A stretch of DNA of 64,000 nucleotides from Octopus sinensis (lineage: Eukaryota). Positions 25,924 to 40,084 of the stretch are shown here, piece by piece (within the stretch, counting starts at the first letter, position 1; each line of letters begins with the position of its first letter). The DNA is taken from contig NC_043012.1 of assembly GCF_006345805.1 (NCBI RefSeq), positions 34,720,001-34,784,000 on the forward strand. The letters run 5' to 3'. The notes beneath the pieces are model-generated. The model was not told the origin of the DNA, made no database searches, and worked only from the letters and a program-made list of their open reading frames with translations. The position numbers and the translations under genes are program-made.

Positions 25924-25971
25924 AGCCAATCAGCAGACAGCGTGGCATTAGCAGCTTGTTACCATGACAAC
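25924..25971. promoter_or_regulatory. CCAAT box plus RFX X-box-like motif
   Basis: AGCCAATCAG (25924-25933) and GTTACCATGACAAC (25958-25971), one mismatch from the GTTNCCATGGNAAC palindrome, in non-repetitive sequence. Confidence 0.45.
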
Positions 25972-26430
25972 CGCACGCTGCGTTGTGGTTCACTGTTGTC
26001 TGTGCCGCTGTTGTCTATGTTGATTTTTCACGCTTGGTATTTTTACATATTTTTCATTTCATATATTTGTGGGACTCGTTGACTCAGATTGCTGGATTGT
26101 GATTCTATTCATAAAAATTGAAACTAGGAATATTTCTTAAACTGTTAGCTTCACATTTCGAAAGCTTAACTGAAATCTAGCACACGTAACAGGAACTGAA
26201 AGGGATATCGTGAAACAGAGAAACTGTGGGTGATACAGATAATTTGACATTAAATCTTTTAATTCTGCATACAAAAACATATAAGATACAGGTATTCTTT
26301 TCCTTGGGACAAATCCTTTGTTGTTCAGTGTTATTCTTATCGTAGTTTACAAATCAAAACATGAAAACGTTACTCAACTTTGAAGTTTTGGACACAGTTT
26401 TCACACACACACACACACACAACACACACA

Positions 26431-28054
26431 CATGCACTTATATATTAGTGATGTTTAAGGCGGCGAGCTGGCAGAAACGTTAGCGCGCCGGGCGAAATGC
26501 TTAGCGGTATTTCGTCTGTCGTTACGTTCTGAGTTCAAATTCTGCCGAGGTCGACTTTGCCTTTCATCCTTTCGGGATCAATAAATAAGGTACCAGTTTC
26601 GCACTGGGATCGATGTAATCGATTTAATCCGTTTGTCTGTCCTTGTTTGTCCCCTCTATGTTTAGCCCCTTGTGCTAATGAAGAAATATATATATTATTG
26701 ATGCACATAAATACATGGCAGGTATACATATTACTGAAGTTCACATAAAGTAAAACATGCAGACAGATATATTAATATAACAAATTTTTTTAAAATGATA
26801 AAAACATCCAATGAATGAAGAGACTTTTGTTTATTTAGAAATCTGCAATGAACAGGACAGACGCTAAACTATAAATTTCACAGGGTACAACCTTAAAGTT
26901 GACACTGCTTCACTAAACGCAGAAAATTTCTGTTTCGCTACTGGCTAAAAACACCCATTTCTTTTTTCGATTTTTAAACCTCTGTAACTTTTTTCTCCAT
27001 TTTTTTTTCTTAACAACATGGTCCCTTCAAATCAATGAAACCGGAAGGCTACATTATTATAACCGATTTTCAGATTTTTTACTTCCTTTTAAAAAATGCA
27101 TATTTTTGCGAATGAAAAAGAAACTAGATCCCAGTACTTTTTGCTCAAAGCATTTTACTGTGTACTTTGGACTTACAAACAACTTCAAATGATAGTGATT
27201 GTATTACAGGTATATATACATACGCGCACACACACACACACACCACACACACACACACACATGCACTTATATATTAGTGATGTTTAAGGCGGCGAGCTGG
27301 CAGAAACGTTAGCGCGCCGGGCGAAATGCTTAGCGGTATTTCGTCTGTCGTTACGTTCTGAGTTCAAATTCTGCCGAGGTCGACTTTGCCTTTCATCCTT
27401 TCGGGGTCAATAAATAAGGTACCAGTTTCGCACTGGGATCGATGTAATCGATTTAATCCGTTTGTCTGTCCTTGTTTGTCCCCTCTATGTTTAGCCCCTT
27501 GTTGCTAATGAAGAAATATATATATTATTGATGCACATAAATACATGGCAGGTATACATATTACTGAAGTTCACATAAAGTAAACACATGCAGACAGATA
27601 TATTAATATAACAAATTTTTTTAAAATGATAAAAACATCCAATGAATGAAGAGACTTTTGTTTATTTAGAAATCTGCAATGAACAGGACAGACGCTAAAC
27701 TATAAATTTCACAGGGTACAACCTTAAAGTTGACACTGCTTCACTAAACGCAGAAAATTTCTGTTTCGCTACTGGCTAAAAACACCCATTTCTTTTTTCG
27801 ATTTTTAAACCTCTGTAACTTTTTTCTCCATTTTTTTTTCTTAACAACATGGTCCCTTCAAATCAATGAAACCGGAAGGCTACATTATTATAACCGATTT
27901 TCAGATTTTTTACTTCCTTTTAAAAAATGCATATTTTTGCGAATGAAAAAGAAACTAGATCCCAGTACTTTTTGCTCAAAGCATTTTACTGTGTACTTTG
28001 GACTTACAAACAACTTCAAATGAATAGTGATTGTATTACAGGTATATATACATA

Positions 28055-28095
<41 letters not shown>
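26431..28095. repeat. Tandem duplication, period 829 bp, bounded by (CA)n
   Basis: CATGCACTTATAT at 26431 and 27260; only about four differences, mostly 1-bp indels. Each unit contains a SINE A with a ~14-bp TSD (26440-53/26690-703). Confidence 0.95.
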
Positions 28096-28112
<17 letters not shown>

Positions 28113-28227
28113 AGTCTGTGCCTATGATAAATATGTACTAATACATAAATACACATATACACATACATATCAAAGTATATATAAATGAACACAATATATA
28201 TACACACACATACATACTTACATACAT

Positions 28228-28259
<32 letters not shown>

Positions 28260-29049
28260 GCATATACGCACACATGTGTGTACGTTTGAGATTAGTGTCT
28301 TCTTTCTTTATCCGGCGACCCCCGTTTTCAGACTGCATCCACCCATCTATTTCTATCTACCCATTTACCTATCCCCTCCTTCCACCCATTCACCTTTCAC
28401 ACACTTAGCACACCCCGCCCATTTTTCTTCTATCCACTCCCCGGTCCGAGTCCGCCACATAAAAAAAATACCTACTTTTCGACTCCCTCCACCCCCGTAA
28501 TTACCACCACCACCACCACCACCTCCAACAACACCGCCAACATCACTGTTGCCTTCGCCGCCGCCGCCGCCACCTCCATCATCTTTACAAACTCTAGTGA
28601 CTTCACTGTTTATATGAAGCATATGAAAGGTGATAGTTTGATAAAGCTGATAGTCACCACCCATCCCCTTAACCCTAAACTCCCTTCTGCTCCTTCCCAT
28701 CGCTTTACTTTCACCCCTTTTATTCTCCTTCTCCTCCCCCCTTTCTTCCTTCATATTCTCTTCCTCACTCTTCTACTTCCCTCCGGCTCTATGGCACAGT
28801 TCGGCTCCAGGAGATATTTAAAACGTTCAGTGAAGCCCAGCCATGAAACATTATTGACAGATAATCTTTTCTAAAAAAATTCTTTTTACTTTTCTAACGC
28901 GAGACTTCCTCTTTCTACTTCCTCCTCTTCTGTATCGTTTCACGCCATCACTTCCTTCCATCACCCTCGTGCTCAGACTCCTCACCCCTCCCCTATTGCT
29001 ACGACCAATACTTTTGCTGATTGGTTCCAGCTTAGTCTTTTCTGAATAT

Positions 29050-29278
29050 CTGTTTCTTTATTATTACCCACAAGGGGCTAAACACAGAGTGGACAAACAA
29101 GAACAGACATAGGTATTAAGTCGATTACATCGACCCCAGTGCGTAACTGGTACTTAATTTATCGACCCCCGAAAGGATGAAAGGCAAAGTCGACCTCGGC
29201 GGAATTTGAACTCAGAACGTAATGGCAAACGAAATACAGCTACGCATTTCGCCCGGCGTGCTAACGGTTCTGCCAGCC
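29050..29278 (-). mobile_element. SINE family A (type-2 tail)
   Basis: Near-consensus copy. Confidence 0.88.
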
Positions 29279-30199
29279 ACAAATCTAAACTTACATTTGA
29301 AATCCAATTGACGTATACACCGCTTATTCTAGGGATTGCTCCTTAACCTTCCGGTATCTCTGGATCACTGGATCATCACGTTGTCTTCATGCGATGGCTA
29401 ATTAAGTACTTTGATGACTTTAAAAGGTAAGGTCAGCTAACATTGAGTGAGGAAAACATAATTGGAGTGATCCAAGTGTCCAGATGTTAACACCTACATC
29501 CAGACTCTACACCTTCATAAGATCCCTGAATAATTATTTTGCCACCATTCCAGAATTATCTTCAGACATAGAAAAATATTTCCCAGGAATACTTTCGGGT
29601 TTCTCTGGAAAATTCAAGGATATTTGGTATGTGTAATATAGAGAGCAAGAAAAAGAAGAAAAGAAAAAAAAACGAAGCAAAAGGAAGCAATTAAATACTG
29701 CACCTGATGTAACAAGAAAATGTGTCTTACGAAGCCGACAGGGAACCTTTGCGTAGTTCATCTGTTGAAAGTAGCCGCAAAATGCTCCACCAATTACATC
29801 GTACTTCCTTTAAAAGAAGGACAATGAGCGTGATACTAGACACAATCTGAACATGGGAAAATAAAAAGCAGGAAAAAAAATGCAACAGTAAATGATAGTC
29901 ACGGTTGGAATGCGTTTTGATGATAGGTCTGAGATCAAAGAACAACAGTGAGGTCAACTGAGCCAGCTAAGGGGCTCTTCAAACTGTTAAAAATAACAAT
30001 CAAATCTCCGTCAAATCGTACTCTAGTCAATCCTTAAAAAAACCCAGCAAGGATTTCAAAAGCAAAAAAGCCAATATGGTCACGGCTGGAATACTTTGTA
30101 TCGTGGGTCAGTTCAGTTTGGGTTAGCTAAGGAGTGAACAACAACAATAGTAAAGTAAAGTCTGTTTCCGCCAAGGTGATGTGACAAGTATTAATGCTG

Positions 30200-30220
30200 T
30201 TATTGTAACACCGCCATATT

Positions 30221-30254
<34 letters not shown>

Positions 30255-30278
30255 TACATACATACATACATACATACA

Positions 30279-30314
<36 letters not shown>

Positions 30315-30625
30315 TATATACATATACATACATACATACATACATACATACATACATACACACATACATACATACATACACACATACATACATACATACA
30401 TACATACATACACACATACATACATACATACATACATACACACATACATACATACATACATACATACTACATACATACACACACACACATACATACATAC
30501 ATACATACTTACATGCATACATACATACATACAACATACACACATACATACATACATAACACCACACACATACATACATACATACATACATACATACATA
30601 CATACATACACAACATACATACATG

Positions 30626-30659
<34 letters not shown>

Positions 30660-31047
30660 TATACATATACATACATACATACATACATACATACATACAC
30701 ACACATACATACATACATACATACATACATACATACATCACACATACATACATACATACATACATACATACATACACACACACACATACATACATCATAC
30801 ATACATACATATACATACATACATACTACATACACACCACACATACATACATACATACATACATACATACATACATACATACATACACACATACATACAT
30901 ACATACATACATACATACACACATACATACACACACACATACATACATACATACATACACACACATACATACATACATACATACATACATACACACACAT
31001 ACATACATACATACATACACACATACATACATACATACATACATACA

Positions 31048-31083
<36 letters not shown>

Positions 31084-31400
31084 TATATTTATATATACAT
31101 ACATACATACTTACACACATATATATACGTACATACATACATATACGTACACACGTATACACACACATACGTACACACACGCATACACAAACCTACATAT
31201 TTACATACATACATACATACATATACATATATATATATACGTACACATATACATACACACATACATACATACATATACATACATACATACATGCATACTT
31301 GCATTCACACACATACATATATACGTACATACATACACATATGTACACACGTATACGCACACATACGTACACACACACGCGCATACACAAACCTATATAT
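30200..31400. repeat. Large (CATA)n array decaying rightward into CA/TA
   Basis: Directly visible. Confidence 0.97.
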
Positions 31401-31449
31401 TTATTGGGGAGTAAAGATCAAAGTATGTCGGTGATATCATTGATATCCT

Positions 31450-31853
31450 TCCCGACCACCACCCACCACCCACACCACCCACACCACCCACCACCACCAC
31501 CCACCACCACCACCGTCAACAGGTCTTCCATCCATCGTCAGAATCATCGTTACAATCATCGCCGTTATCACCACCATTAGCACAATCATCAAATTCATTA
31601 TCGTCCCCGTCTTCCCCCCTCCCCCTTCTACATTGTCTTCCTTCCTCATCCTCCTTGTCCTCCGCTTCCTCAACGTCTCCTTGTTGTCGTCGTCGTCGTC
31701 TTCCTCCTCCTACTCCACCACCTCATCATCATCATCATCATCATCATTGTCATTGGTATCGTCATTAACGGCTACCAAAAACCACCCCCACCAACGCCAG
31801 CTCCCTACCCCTTTCACATTGCTTGGAAGACGAGATTGCTGTCTCTCCCATTC

Positions 31854-31897
<44 letters not shown>

Positions 31898-32100
31898 AGT
31901 GTCCTTCATCTTCTGGCAAACAAGACTGAAAAAGGTCTACCTCCTCCTCCTCCTCCTCCTCCTCCTCCCACACAAACAAAAGTCACTCAGGACTACCCGA
32001 CTCACTCCTCCTCCCCTCATCATCCTCTCCTCCTCCTCCCTCCTCCCCTCCTCCCCTCCTCCTCCTCAAAACATCTCCGCCCCCCACACGCCTCCCACGG
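31450..32100. repeat. C-rich low-complexity tract (CCA, TCC, TCA, TC repeats)
   Basis: Directly visible. Confidence 0.9.
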
Positions 32101-32539
32101 TTTTCTTTCAACCGACGACAGTTCAAGAGGAATAATAACTATGTCAAACTGACCGGTCCCCGAGGACATTCGAAGACCTTTGAAGACAAAGATACTTTCC
32201 CCTCGTCGAAATCGCTAAAAGAAAGTGCTTAAAAAGAATTAACGGTAACAACCAAATGTATAACACGAGCGAATCCCAAAGTGCGGTGTTCAGTGATACC
32301 AAGAATCCTTCCTACCTTAGCATGTGTTTGTGTATATGTATTATCTTTGTAAATGACCGGTCTCCTGCTTGGTAGCAAGGGTGTGACGGAAAGCATCTTG
32401 TTTTGTTCAGCATCCTTTAAATCTTAAGAAGGTCTTGCAGATTTTTATAGTCCTAGATCTTTTGTAATGTATGAATTAAGGATTTGCGTTCTCTCTGCAT
32501 GATCCCAAGTTTAGTCATACTTTGCTCTAATAATAACAG

Positions 32540-33015
32540 GTATGAAGCTGAAATCTTCAAAGCCACAGTCGAACCAATTCTACTATATGGCTCAGAAACC
32601 TCGAACCAATTCTACTATATGGTCCAGAAACATGGACGTTATCAAAGAAGCTTGAGAGGCGGTTGGATGGAACTTGCAATCGCCTCCTTATCAGAGCTCA
32701 AAATCTCTCGTGGAAGCGTCATCCAACCAAAGTACAAATATATGGGAAACTACCACCTGTATCATCTCTTGTGAAAGGTAGAAGAGTCCAGTTTGCTGGG
32801 CATTGCTGTAGAGCTGAAAACGAGGCAAATTCTACTCTTCTCCTCTGGAAACCATCTACTCGCGATACCAGAGGGCACACACTCTCCTACCCTGATGCAA
32901 GGGATACAGGCATCCAGCAACAGAACCCCCGTAATGCTATGATGGACAGTGAAGTTTGGCGTAGCATAGTAAATTCCATTGTCTCGACCACGGTCGAACA
33001 AGGAATGATGATGAA
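32540..33015 (+). mobile_element. RTE/RTE-X-like LINE 3' fragment
   Basis: FKATVEPILLYGSET...RLLIRAQNLSWKRHPTKVQIYGKLPPVSSLVKGRRVQFAGHCCRA...VWRSIV, then an ATG-repeat tail; internal ~32-bp duplication. Confidence 0.82.
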
Positions 33016-33379
33016 GCTGAAAGTGTATCTTGAGCACTTTGGGACCCTGACAAGTGCTCGAACTCCGGGTCGGCCTAGATCAGGGAACAATAGTGACTAA
33101 AAGGTGGTTCCATACTTCTCAAAAACTCAGGAACTCCTGAACCAGGGCCCACCTATTGGATGCAGTTTAAAGTCATACCCAAGTGTAAGGGCGCACAGTA
33201 AAATCACTGGGTGTGAGGGACCCCTAGCTGTTCTCAGATCGTCCTTCCACGAGAGGGACACACTGATGTAAAAGCTGTGGTTTCACGTAATTACAGGCCA
33301 TCTCGCTTCAGTCTGTCACTAGGTGTAATCATGGAATCTGAGAGAGTGACACACGTGTTGATCAAGCGTTCATCCCTTT

Positions 33380-33628
33380 ATTCCAATGGTATCCAGATGA
33401 CTCTTTATGGCGATCTCATTCGTCACCGCATCTACTATGGCGATAGAAGAAGGGGCGACGTGTGCAGACCTATCCAGTTAGAAGTGCACAAAAAGTTACA
33501 GCTTTCATCTGTCGACTATACTCCAACACATGCGGAGTGTAACGGAACTGAATAGTCATCTGGGAGATCATGGATGGAATGTCAGAAATAACGAGGAAAC
33601 ACAAAGAGATGGAAATAATCTGTGACGA
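33380..33628 (+). mobile_element. Degraded RTE-like 3' remnant ending in (TATG)n
   Basis: LYGDL...GDRRRG..DVC resembles the RTE LYGEL..GKR.RGRP..DVC motif; followed directly by the TATG array at 33629-33730. Confidence 0.4.
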
Positions 33629-33734
33629 TGTATGTATGTATGTATGTATTATGTATGTATGTATGTATATATGCATGCATGTATGTATGTATGTATGTAT
33701 GTAAGTAAGTATGTATGTATGTATGTATGTTTTT

Positions 33735-34265
33735 CATCCCGCATAGTCTCCAATAATCACCCTCCTCACCAAAGGCGGAGGAACTCTTGAGAGTCAACGG
33801 CCATCCAATAAATGTCTTAAGGCTGTATCATGCGCGGGGACATAGAAATAATCGGACTGAATACCCGATCGCGCGGTTAATCCATTGGGAGTGAAGGACT
33901 CCTAGCCTTTATTAGGGCATCCTTCTAGGAGAAGGTAACTCAGATAACTGGGATAACTGCGGCATAAAACCTGCGACTCAGTGGTTACCGATGATGTTGA
34001 CTTTTTCTTCTTTTCGGATTATGGCTGCTGTTGCTTTGTGAGTGGGATTGACTCAGTGCACAGCCTTTCCTCACTTAAAAAAAAATCTTCTTGCACAGGC
34101 ATTGCACGATAGCAACATTGTTCATGATTGTTGATGGTGCTGTGAGTCTCAACTGAATGGCTGGCTGTAGCCTTAAAAAGCAAATAAAAGTCACATTCGA
34201 TCACAGCATCAATAACAGTTAAGCTTCGTGCAATGGCCATACTCGATAACGAGGGGGCAGCCACC
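33735..34265 (+). mobile_element. Probable internally deleted, non-autonomous RTE derivative
   Basis: 5' part carries GGGCATCCTTCTAGGAGAAGGTAACTC (RTE 5'UTR-like hairpin); last ~80 bp match the 3' end of the 24357-24750 LINE; flanked on both sides by (TATG)n. Confidence 0.5.
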
Positions 34266-36020
34266 ATGTATGTATGTATGTATGTATGTATGTATGTATG
34301 TTTGTATGTATGTATGTATGTATGTATGTATGTATGTATGTATGTTTGTATGTATGTATGTATGTTTGTATGTATGTATGTATGTATGTATGTATGTTTG
34401 TATGTAGTATGTTTGTATGTATGTATGTTTGTAGGTAGTATGTATGTTTGATGTATGTATGTATGTATGTATGTATGTATGTATGTATGTATGTATGTAT
34501 GTATGTTTGTATGTATATATGTATGTATGTATGTATGTGTGTATGTATGTGTGTATGTATGTATGCATGTATGTATGTATGTATGTATGTATGTATGTTT
34601 GTATGTATGTATGTATGTATGTATGTATGTTTGTATGTATGTATGTATGTTTGTATGTATGTATGTATGTATGTATGTTTGTATGTATGTATGTATGTAT
34701 GTATGTATGTATGTTTGTATGTATGTATGTATGTTTGTATGTATGTATGTATGTATGTATGTTTGTATGTATGTATGTTTGTATGTATGTATGTTTGTAT
34801 GTATGTATGTATGTTTGTATGTATGTATGTATGTATGTATGTATGTATGTTTGTATGTATGTATGTATGTATGTATGTATGTATGTTTGTATGTATGTAT
34901 GCATGTATGTATGTATGTATGTATGTATGTATGTATGTTTGTATGTATGTATGTATGTATGTATGTATGTATGTATGTTTGTATGTATGTATGTATGTTT
35001 GTATGTCTGTATGTATGGATGTATGTATGTATGTATGTATGTATGTATGATGTATGTATGTATGTATGTGTTGTATGTATGTATGTATTTGTATGTATGT
35101 ATGCATGTATGTATGTATGTATGTTATGTATGTATGTATGTTTGTATGTATGTATGTATGTATGTATGTATGTATGTATGTTTGTATGTATGTATGTATG
35201 TTTGTATGTATGTATGTATGTATGTATGTATGTATGTATGTATGTATGTATGTATGTATGTATGTTTGTATGTATGTATGTATGTTTGTATGTATGTATG
35301 TATGTATGTATGTATGTTTGTATGTATGTTTGTATGTATGTATGTTTGTATGTATGTATGTATGTTTGTATGTATGTATGTATGTATGTATGTATGTATG
35401 TATGTATGTATGTATGTATGTATGTTTGTATGTATATATGTATGTATGTATGTATGTATGTGTGTATGTATGTGTGTATGTATGTATGCATGTATGTATG
35501 TATGTATGTATGTATGTATGTATGTATTTGTATGTATGTATGTATGTATGTATGTATGTATGTATGTATGCATGTATGTATGTATGTATGTATGTATGCA
35601 TGTATGTATGTATGTATGCATGCATGTATGTATGTATGTATGTATGTATGTATGTATGTATGTGTGTATGTATGTATGCATGTATGTATGTATGTATGTA
35701 TGTATGTATGTGTGTATGTATGTATGCATGTATGTATGTATGTATGTATGTATGTATGTATGTGTGTATGTATGTATGCATGCATGCATGTATGTATGTA
35801 TGTATGTATGTATGTATGTATGTGTGTATGTATGTATGCATGTATGTATGTATGTATGTATGTATGTATGTATGTGTGTATGTATGTATGTATGTATGTA
35901 TGTATGTATGTATGTATGTATGTATGTATGTATGTGTGTATGTATGTATGTATGTATGTATGTATGTATGTATGTATGTGTGTATGTATGTATGTATGTA
36001 TGTATGTATGTATGTATGCA
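34266..36020. repeat. ~1.75-kb (TATG)n array with TTTG/TGTG/CATG variants
   Basis: Directly visible; begins exactly at a LINE 3' end. Confidence 0.98.
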
Positions 36021-37791
36021 TGTGTGCGTCTTTGTGTTAACCAGTACGAAGCCATGCAACGATTTATACGTCTCCTTTGACGCAAAAAAGGAAAACCCTG
36101 CTTGACAAATAGGATTCGATGAAATAATACGAAACTGAAATAAGTCCTGCTGGATTCTCTCTATATCGACCAAAACTCTTGAAGTGGGTATTCAAACATA
36201 GTCGCAACCCAATGATTGAAATAAGTAATAGACTAAAAGAACTGCCCAATTATTTAAAATATGGAGCGCAAGTAGTTAAGGGCCAAAACACTTGCCTCAG
36301 CGGGGTTTCTTGTCTATAGACCTGCTGTTTAGCTCTCTTGAGTGTTTCTTACAACTAGATAAATAGATCTTGTGTTAGTTGAATAACTTACTGATTAATT
36401 TTGCCAACTGAGTTTTGGCCAAAGTGTTTTGCTAAAGAGGTCGAATAAGTCCGAAACATGTCTATAGTTTTCACCTGTTTGTTATAAAGACCAGCTTCTT
36501 GTCAGTCTATTTCGTCTTTATGGTCCCAAAATTTCAATCTTACACGAGTTATCTCCCTTATATAGTTTTACATTTTTTTTTTCGATCTTAAACACTTCTA
36601 CGCAGCGTGTTTGTCTACTAATTTCCTGAATAATTTCTGTTGATCGAAAGAACCAACACCACCGTATTCATTATATTTGTGAGTAAGTAGTAACTTAGTA
36701 TCTTACGGACACGTGTACCCATAACGTAATTCTCAGATAAATTAGCGTGACTATGTAATAAAGCTGTCCCGTTGAATGAAAGAAACCATCTATCCAACAA
36801 AGTCCTGTCCGCTCCCTAAGTTTTGTCTACTCATAAAGCTAAGGTCATCCTGAAGCTACGATAAAAAGTACTTGTTCAAGATTTCACGCGGTGGGAACTC
36901 ATAATTTCGATGTGACCATTTTAACCTCTCGGTCGTGTAATAGAATGTCTGTATGTCTAATTCATTGCCTCGTTTAATGAGAATTCAGTAATATATGTCC
37001 AATTCAGTGAGTATGAACAGCTAACAAGATTAAAGATTGCGATAGCTCGCTTCCTGATTACAAGCTCACATTACCTGGGATATAAACAATCTTTAACACA
37101 AGATTAAGTATAGATACAGAATAAAACAGCATATACAGACTGTCCATAAATTACCTATACAATTTGAAAATTTCAGAAAAATAAGGGTAACTCAGCAGAG
37201 TTTATTGGAAAACAAGCGAACAAATAAAGTTGTATTAGAAACATCAGAACACTTCTGCTTGAATTCCATTGGTTGCACAGCAAACTACTGAGAAATCCAC
37301 TATTTTCTGGGGTTTCTTTTTCTTTTTTTCTCCGCCCCTCTTCAACTGTAAAGAGAATTTATGAACATCTTTTATATGAACGGAACTCCAGATTGGAGCT
37401 ATATTTTAGATATTGGTTGGAATTGTATAAGGGGACGTGGTACAAAATCTTCGAAAACCTCCTCAGAAGTTTTGTGGGATGCGAGATAAGGAACTAACTA
37501 ACTAAGTGCCAAGATAAAGATTGTATTGGTGGTTTATGTATGTTTTGAAAAATGTATCAAATACTCAGATCTGATTTAGTCATGCATCTTACAACAGTAG
37601 TTTAAAATGGTCAGTTATACACATACATACATACATACATACATACATACATACATACATACATACATACATACATACACATACATTCTCATTTACACAT
37701 ATATACGAAGTTTCAAATTATTTAGTTAACTAGAAAAATCTGCCCTCAGGCTTCGAAACTGAAAAGATCCCATATATCTACAAAGACACAT

Positions 37792-37848
<57 letters not shown>

Positions 37849-38250
37849 TCAATTAAACTTCTGTGTTTGAAGTTCATTACTACAATTAGTGTTTAAATGG
37901 TAGGATGACTTCGACTAGAACGGAGATCAGATTCGAAACATTAGTTGCGGGAACTTGGCCGCGAGGACTGTGCCAGGAGCAAGTTTGGCAGAGCAATTTG
38001 CTTAATGGTTCTCCGTTGAAACGCTGGAGCCATTAAACCTTATTCTTGTGCTGCTACGAAAGCACTTGTTTCATCACCGACAACACGAAGAAGCTGCTTT
38101 GATGGAACACTAACAAACGTATACTTTTAAAACAAACTTTCAGCTGTTAATAAAAACAAACATTCCACCATTCTTTTTTCTCTGCCCCTATTTCTTTTCT
38201 TCTGTCTGTCCCTTTTTTTATCTGTCTGTTTGTCTCGCTTTCTCTCTCTG

Positions 38251-38306
<56 letters not shown>

Positions 38307-38658
38307 CTTTTTTTGGTTCCTTACGTCTATTTTAAACTCGGTTACAATGGTTCTTATCAAATCAGTTTCTTCATCCGAGCGTGGACACATTAAAGCGATT
38401 TAGTAATGCCCTACTTCACACACACACACACACACTGACACACACACACACACACACACCACACACACACACCACACACACCACACACACACACACAGAC
38501 TAATATATGGTGTTTATCAAAGAGGAAACGAGTGTGAAAATGTACGGAAAAAGAAAAAAAAAAACAGGAAAAAATGTTCTTCGGCATTCGTGTCTATCTT
38601 TGTGCATATGTGTAAGAGTATGATGGTGAATGTGTGAATACAAATAGACCTCTGTATG

Positions 38659-38702
<44 letters not shown>

Positions 38703-38926
38703 CGTGTGTGTGTGTGCATCCGCGCATTCTTGTTTATGTTTCACGCAAAGTACAAGGTAAAACTTACTTTTTTAAAGCTGTGTGTCTAACTTTCTCAATC
38801 AAGTAATGTGCAACAAATTGAAAAATGCTCGAGATCAGTTCTGTAGCAAGTTGTATTATTTATCAGTTACTTTTCGTTGTGGTTTGTAAAGATTGTTTAT
38901 TGTATTCTTAGAAGATAACCCGGGGA

Positions 38927-39655
38927 TCTTGTCGTTAGATAACGCGTATAGCCGATAAGATAAGATGCTTTGCAAGACAGAGCATCTCTATTCTACCAAG
39001 TCTAGTTACTATGCTTGCCGTGTCAACAAGGAATATTCGGATCTTTTCGCTTTGACCGGCAGATTTTTAAAATAATCTCTTTGTGACTAAACACTTTTAA
39101 ACTTCGTATACTGGTAGAATGTGTTACATAAAACATCTTTTTCTCTTGGCTTTCTTGGGAAAATTCTGTAGTTTGTAAGCTATTTGCTGTTTAATTTCTT
39201 GCATTTCGGCAATTTCAACAATCAATGACATCTATTCAGGCGAATACAATATCTGCCGTATTTTGTCAACATCATTTTCTGGCGGTGTCATATGAATTTG
39301 TCACTGTTATTTATGACACATTTCATATTAGTTACGTTCGTATGAATATAAGTTTATCATTATTAAACTTTTATTAATAAACGCATATTCTAAGTTCACA
39401 ACATATGCGGTTTTAATTTTCCTCTCTGTTGCACAGATACACGCATTACATATTACATATTCGTTTAAGAAACAGATTGGGTTTATTTACATTTCTGAAG
39501 AAAAAAAGATACTCTTCACCCACCCCTAACCTTAACCCTAACCGTAAGCCTAACCCTAACTCTAACCCTAACCCTAACCCTAACCCTAACCCTAAAACAG
39601 ATTGAAATGCAATAGATCGATACTAGGGTCATAATTATGGGTGGACACTAAAGAA
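38927..39655. mobile_element. MITE-family pieces including (CCCTAA)n
   Basis: 38927-39272 duplicates 19717-20062. 39440-39655 is the reverse complement of the left half of 5730-6144, with about 11 degenerate CCCTAA units (39525-39595). Confidence 0.8.
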
Positions 39656-40084
39656 GGAACGGTTTTTTTTTTATCCAGCTCTGTTTACGAGTGACCCCTC
39701 ATTTTATGGCCACAGAATATCTTTTTTTTTCGTACTGTTGATCTCTTCTTTGTGGCTGGTTACACATGCGATTGGCCTTGACAGACCTTGCCCATACATG
39801 CACGTACACATAAGAACATTATTATACATGCACGTACACATAAACATCCATTTACATACTCATGCTCGGACAGACACACACACGCAGACAGACACATGGA
39901 CACACACGCGCACACACATATATCGATGCATAAACCCATGCATACAAAACATTCGCAGAGACATACATATATACTTATATATGCATGGGGTAGGCCAGCT
40001 TATGTTTGCACTGGGAACTCTCTCAAACGATGTATTTTCAATCATTTGTCTTCTTTCAGAGTCCTGTAAAGTGATCTGTGACAT

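Noticed and set aside
33735-33960. HDV-like ribozyme
   Set aside because: Could not identify P1.1, the catalytic C in J4/2 and P2 together; left as a check only.
30123-36173. Long ORFs of 200-690 aa (HTYI/MYVC repeats)
   Set aside because: Stop-free read-through of CATA/TATG microsatellites; not genes.
39525-39595. Telomere or chromosome-fusion scar
   Set aside because: Short, degenerate and embedded in a MITE family.
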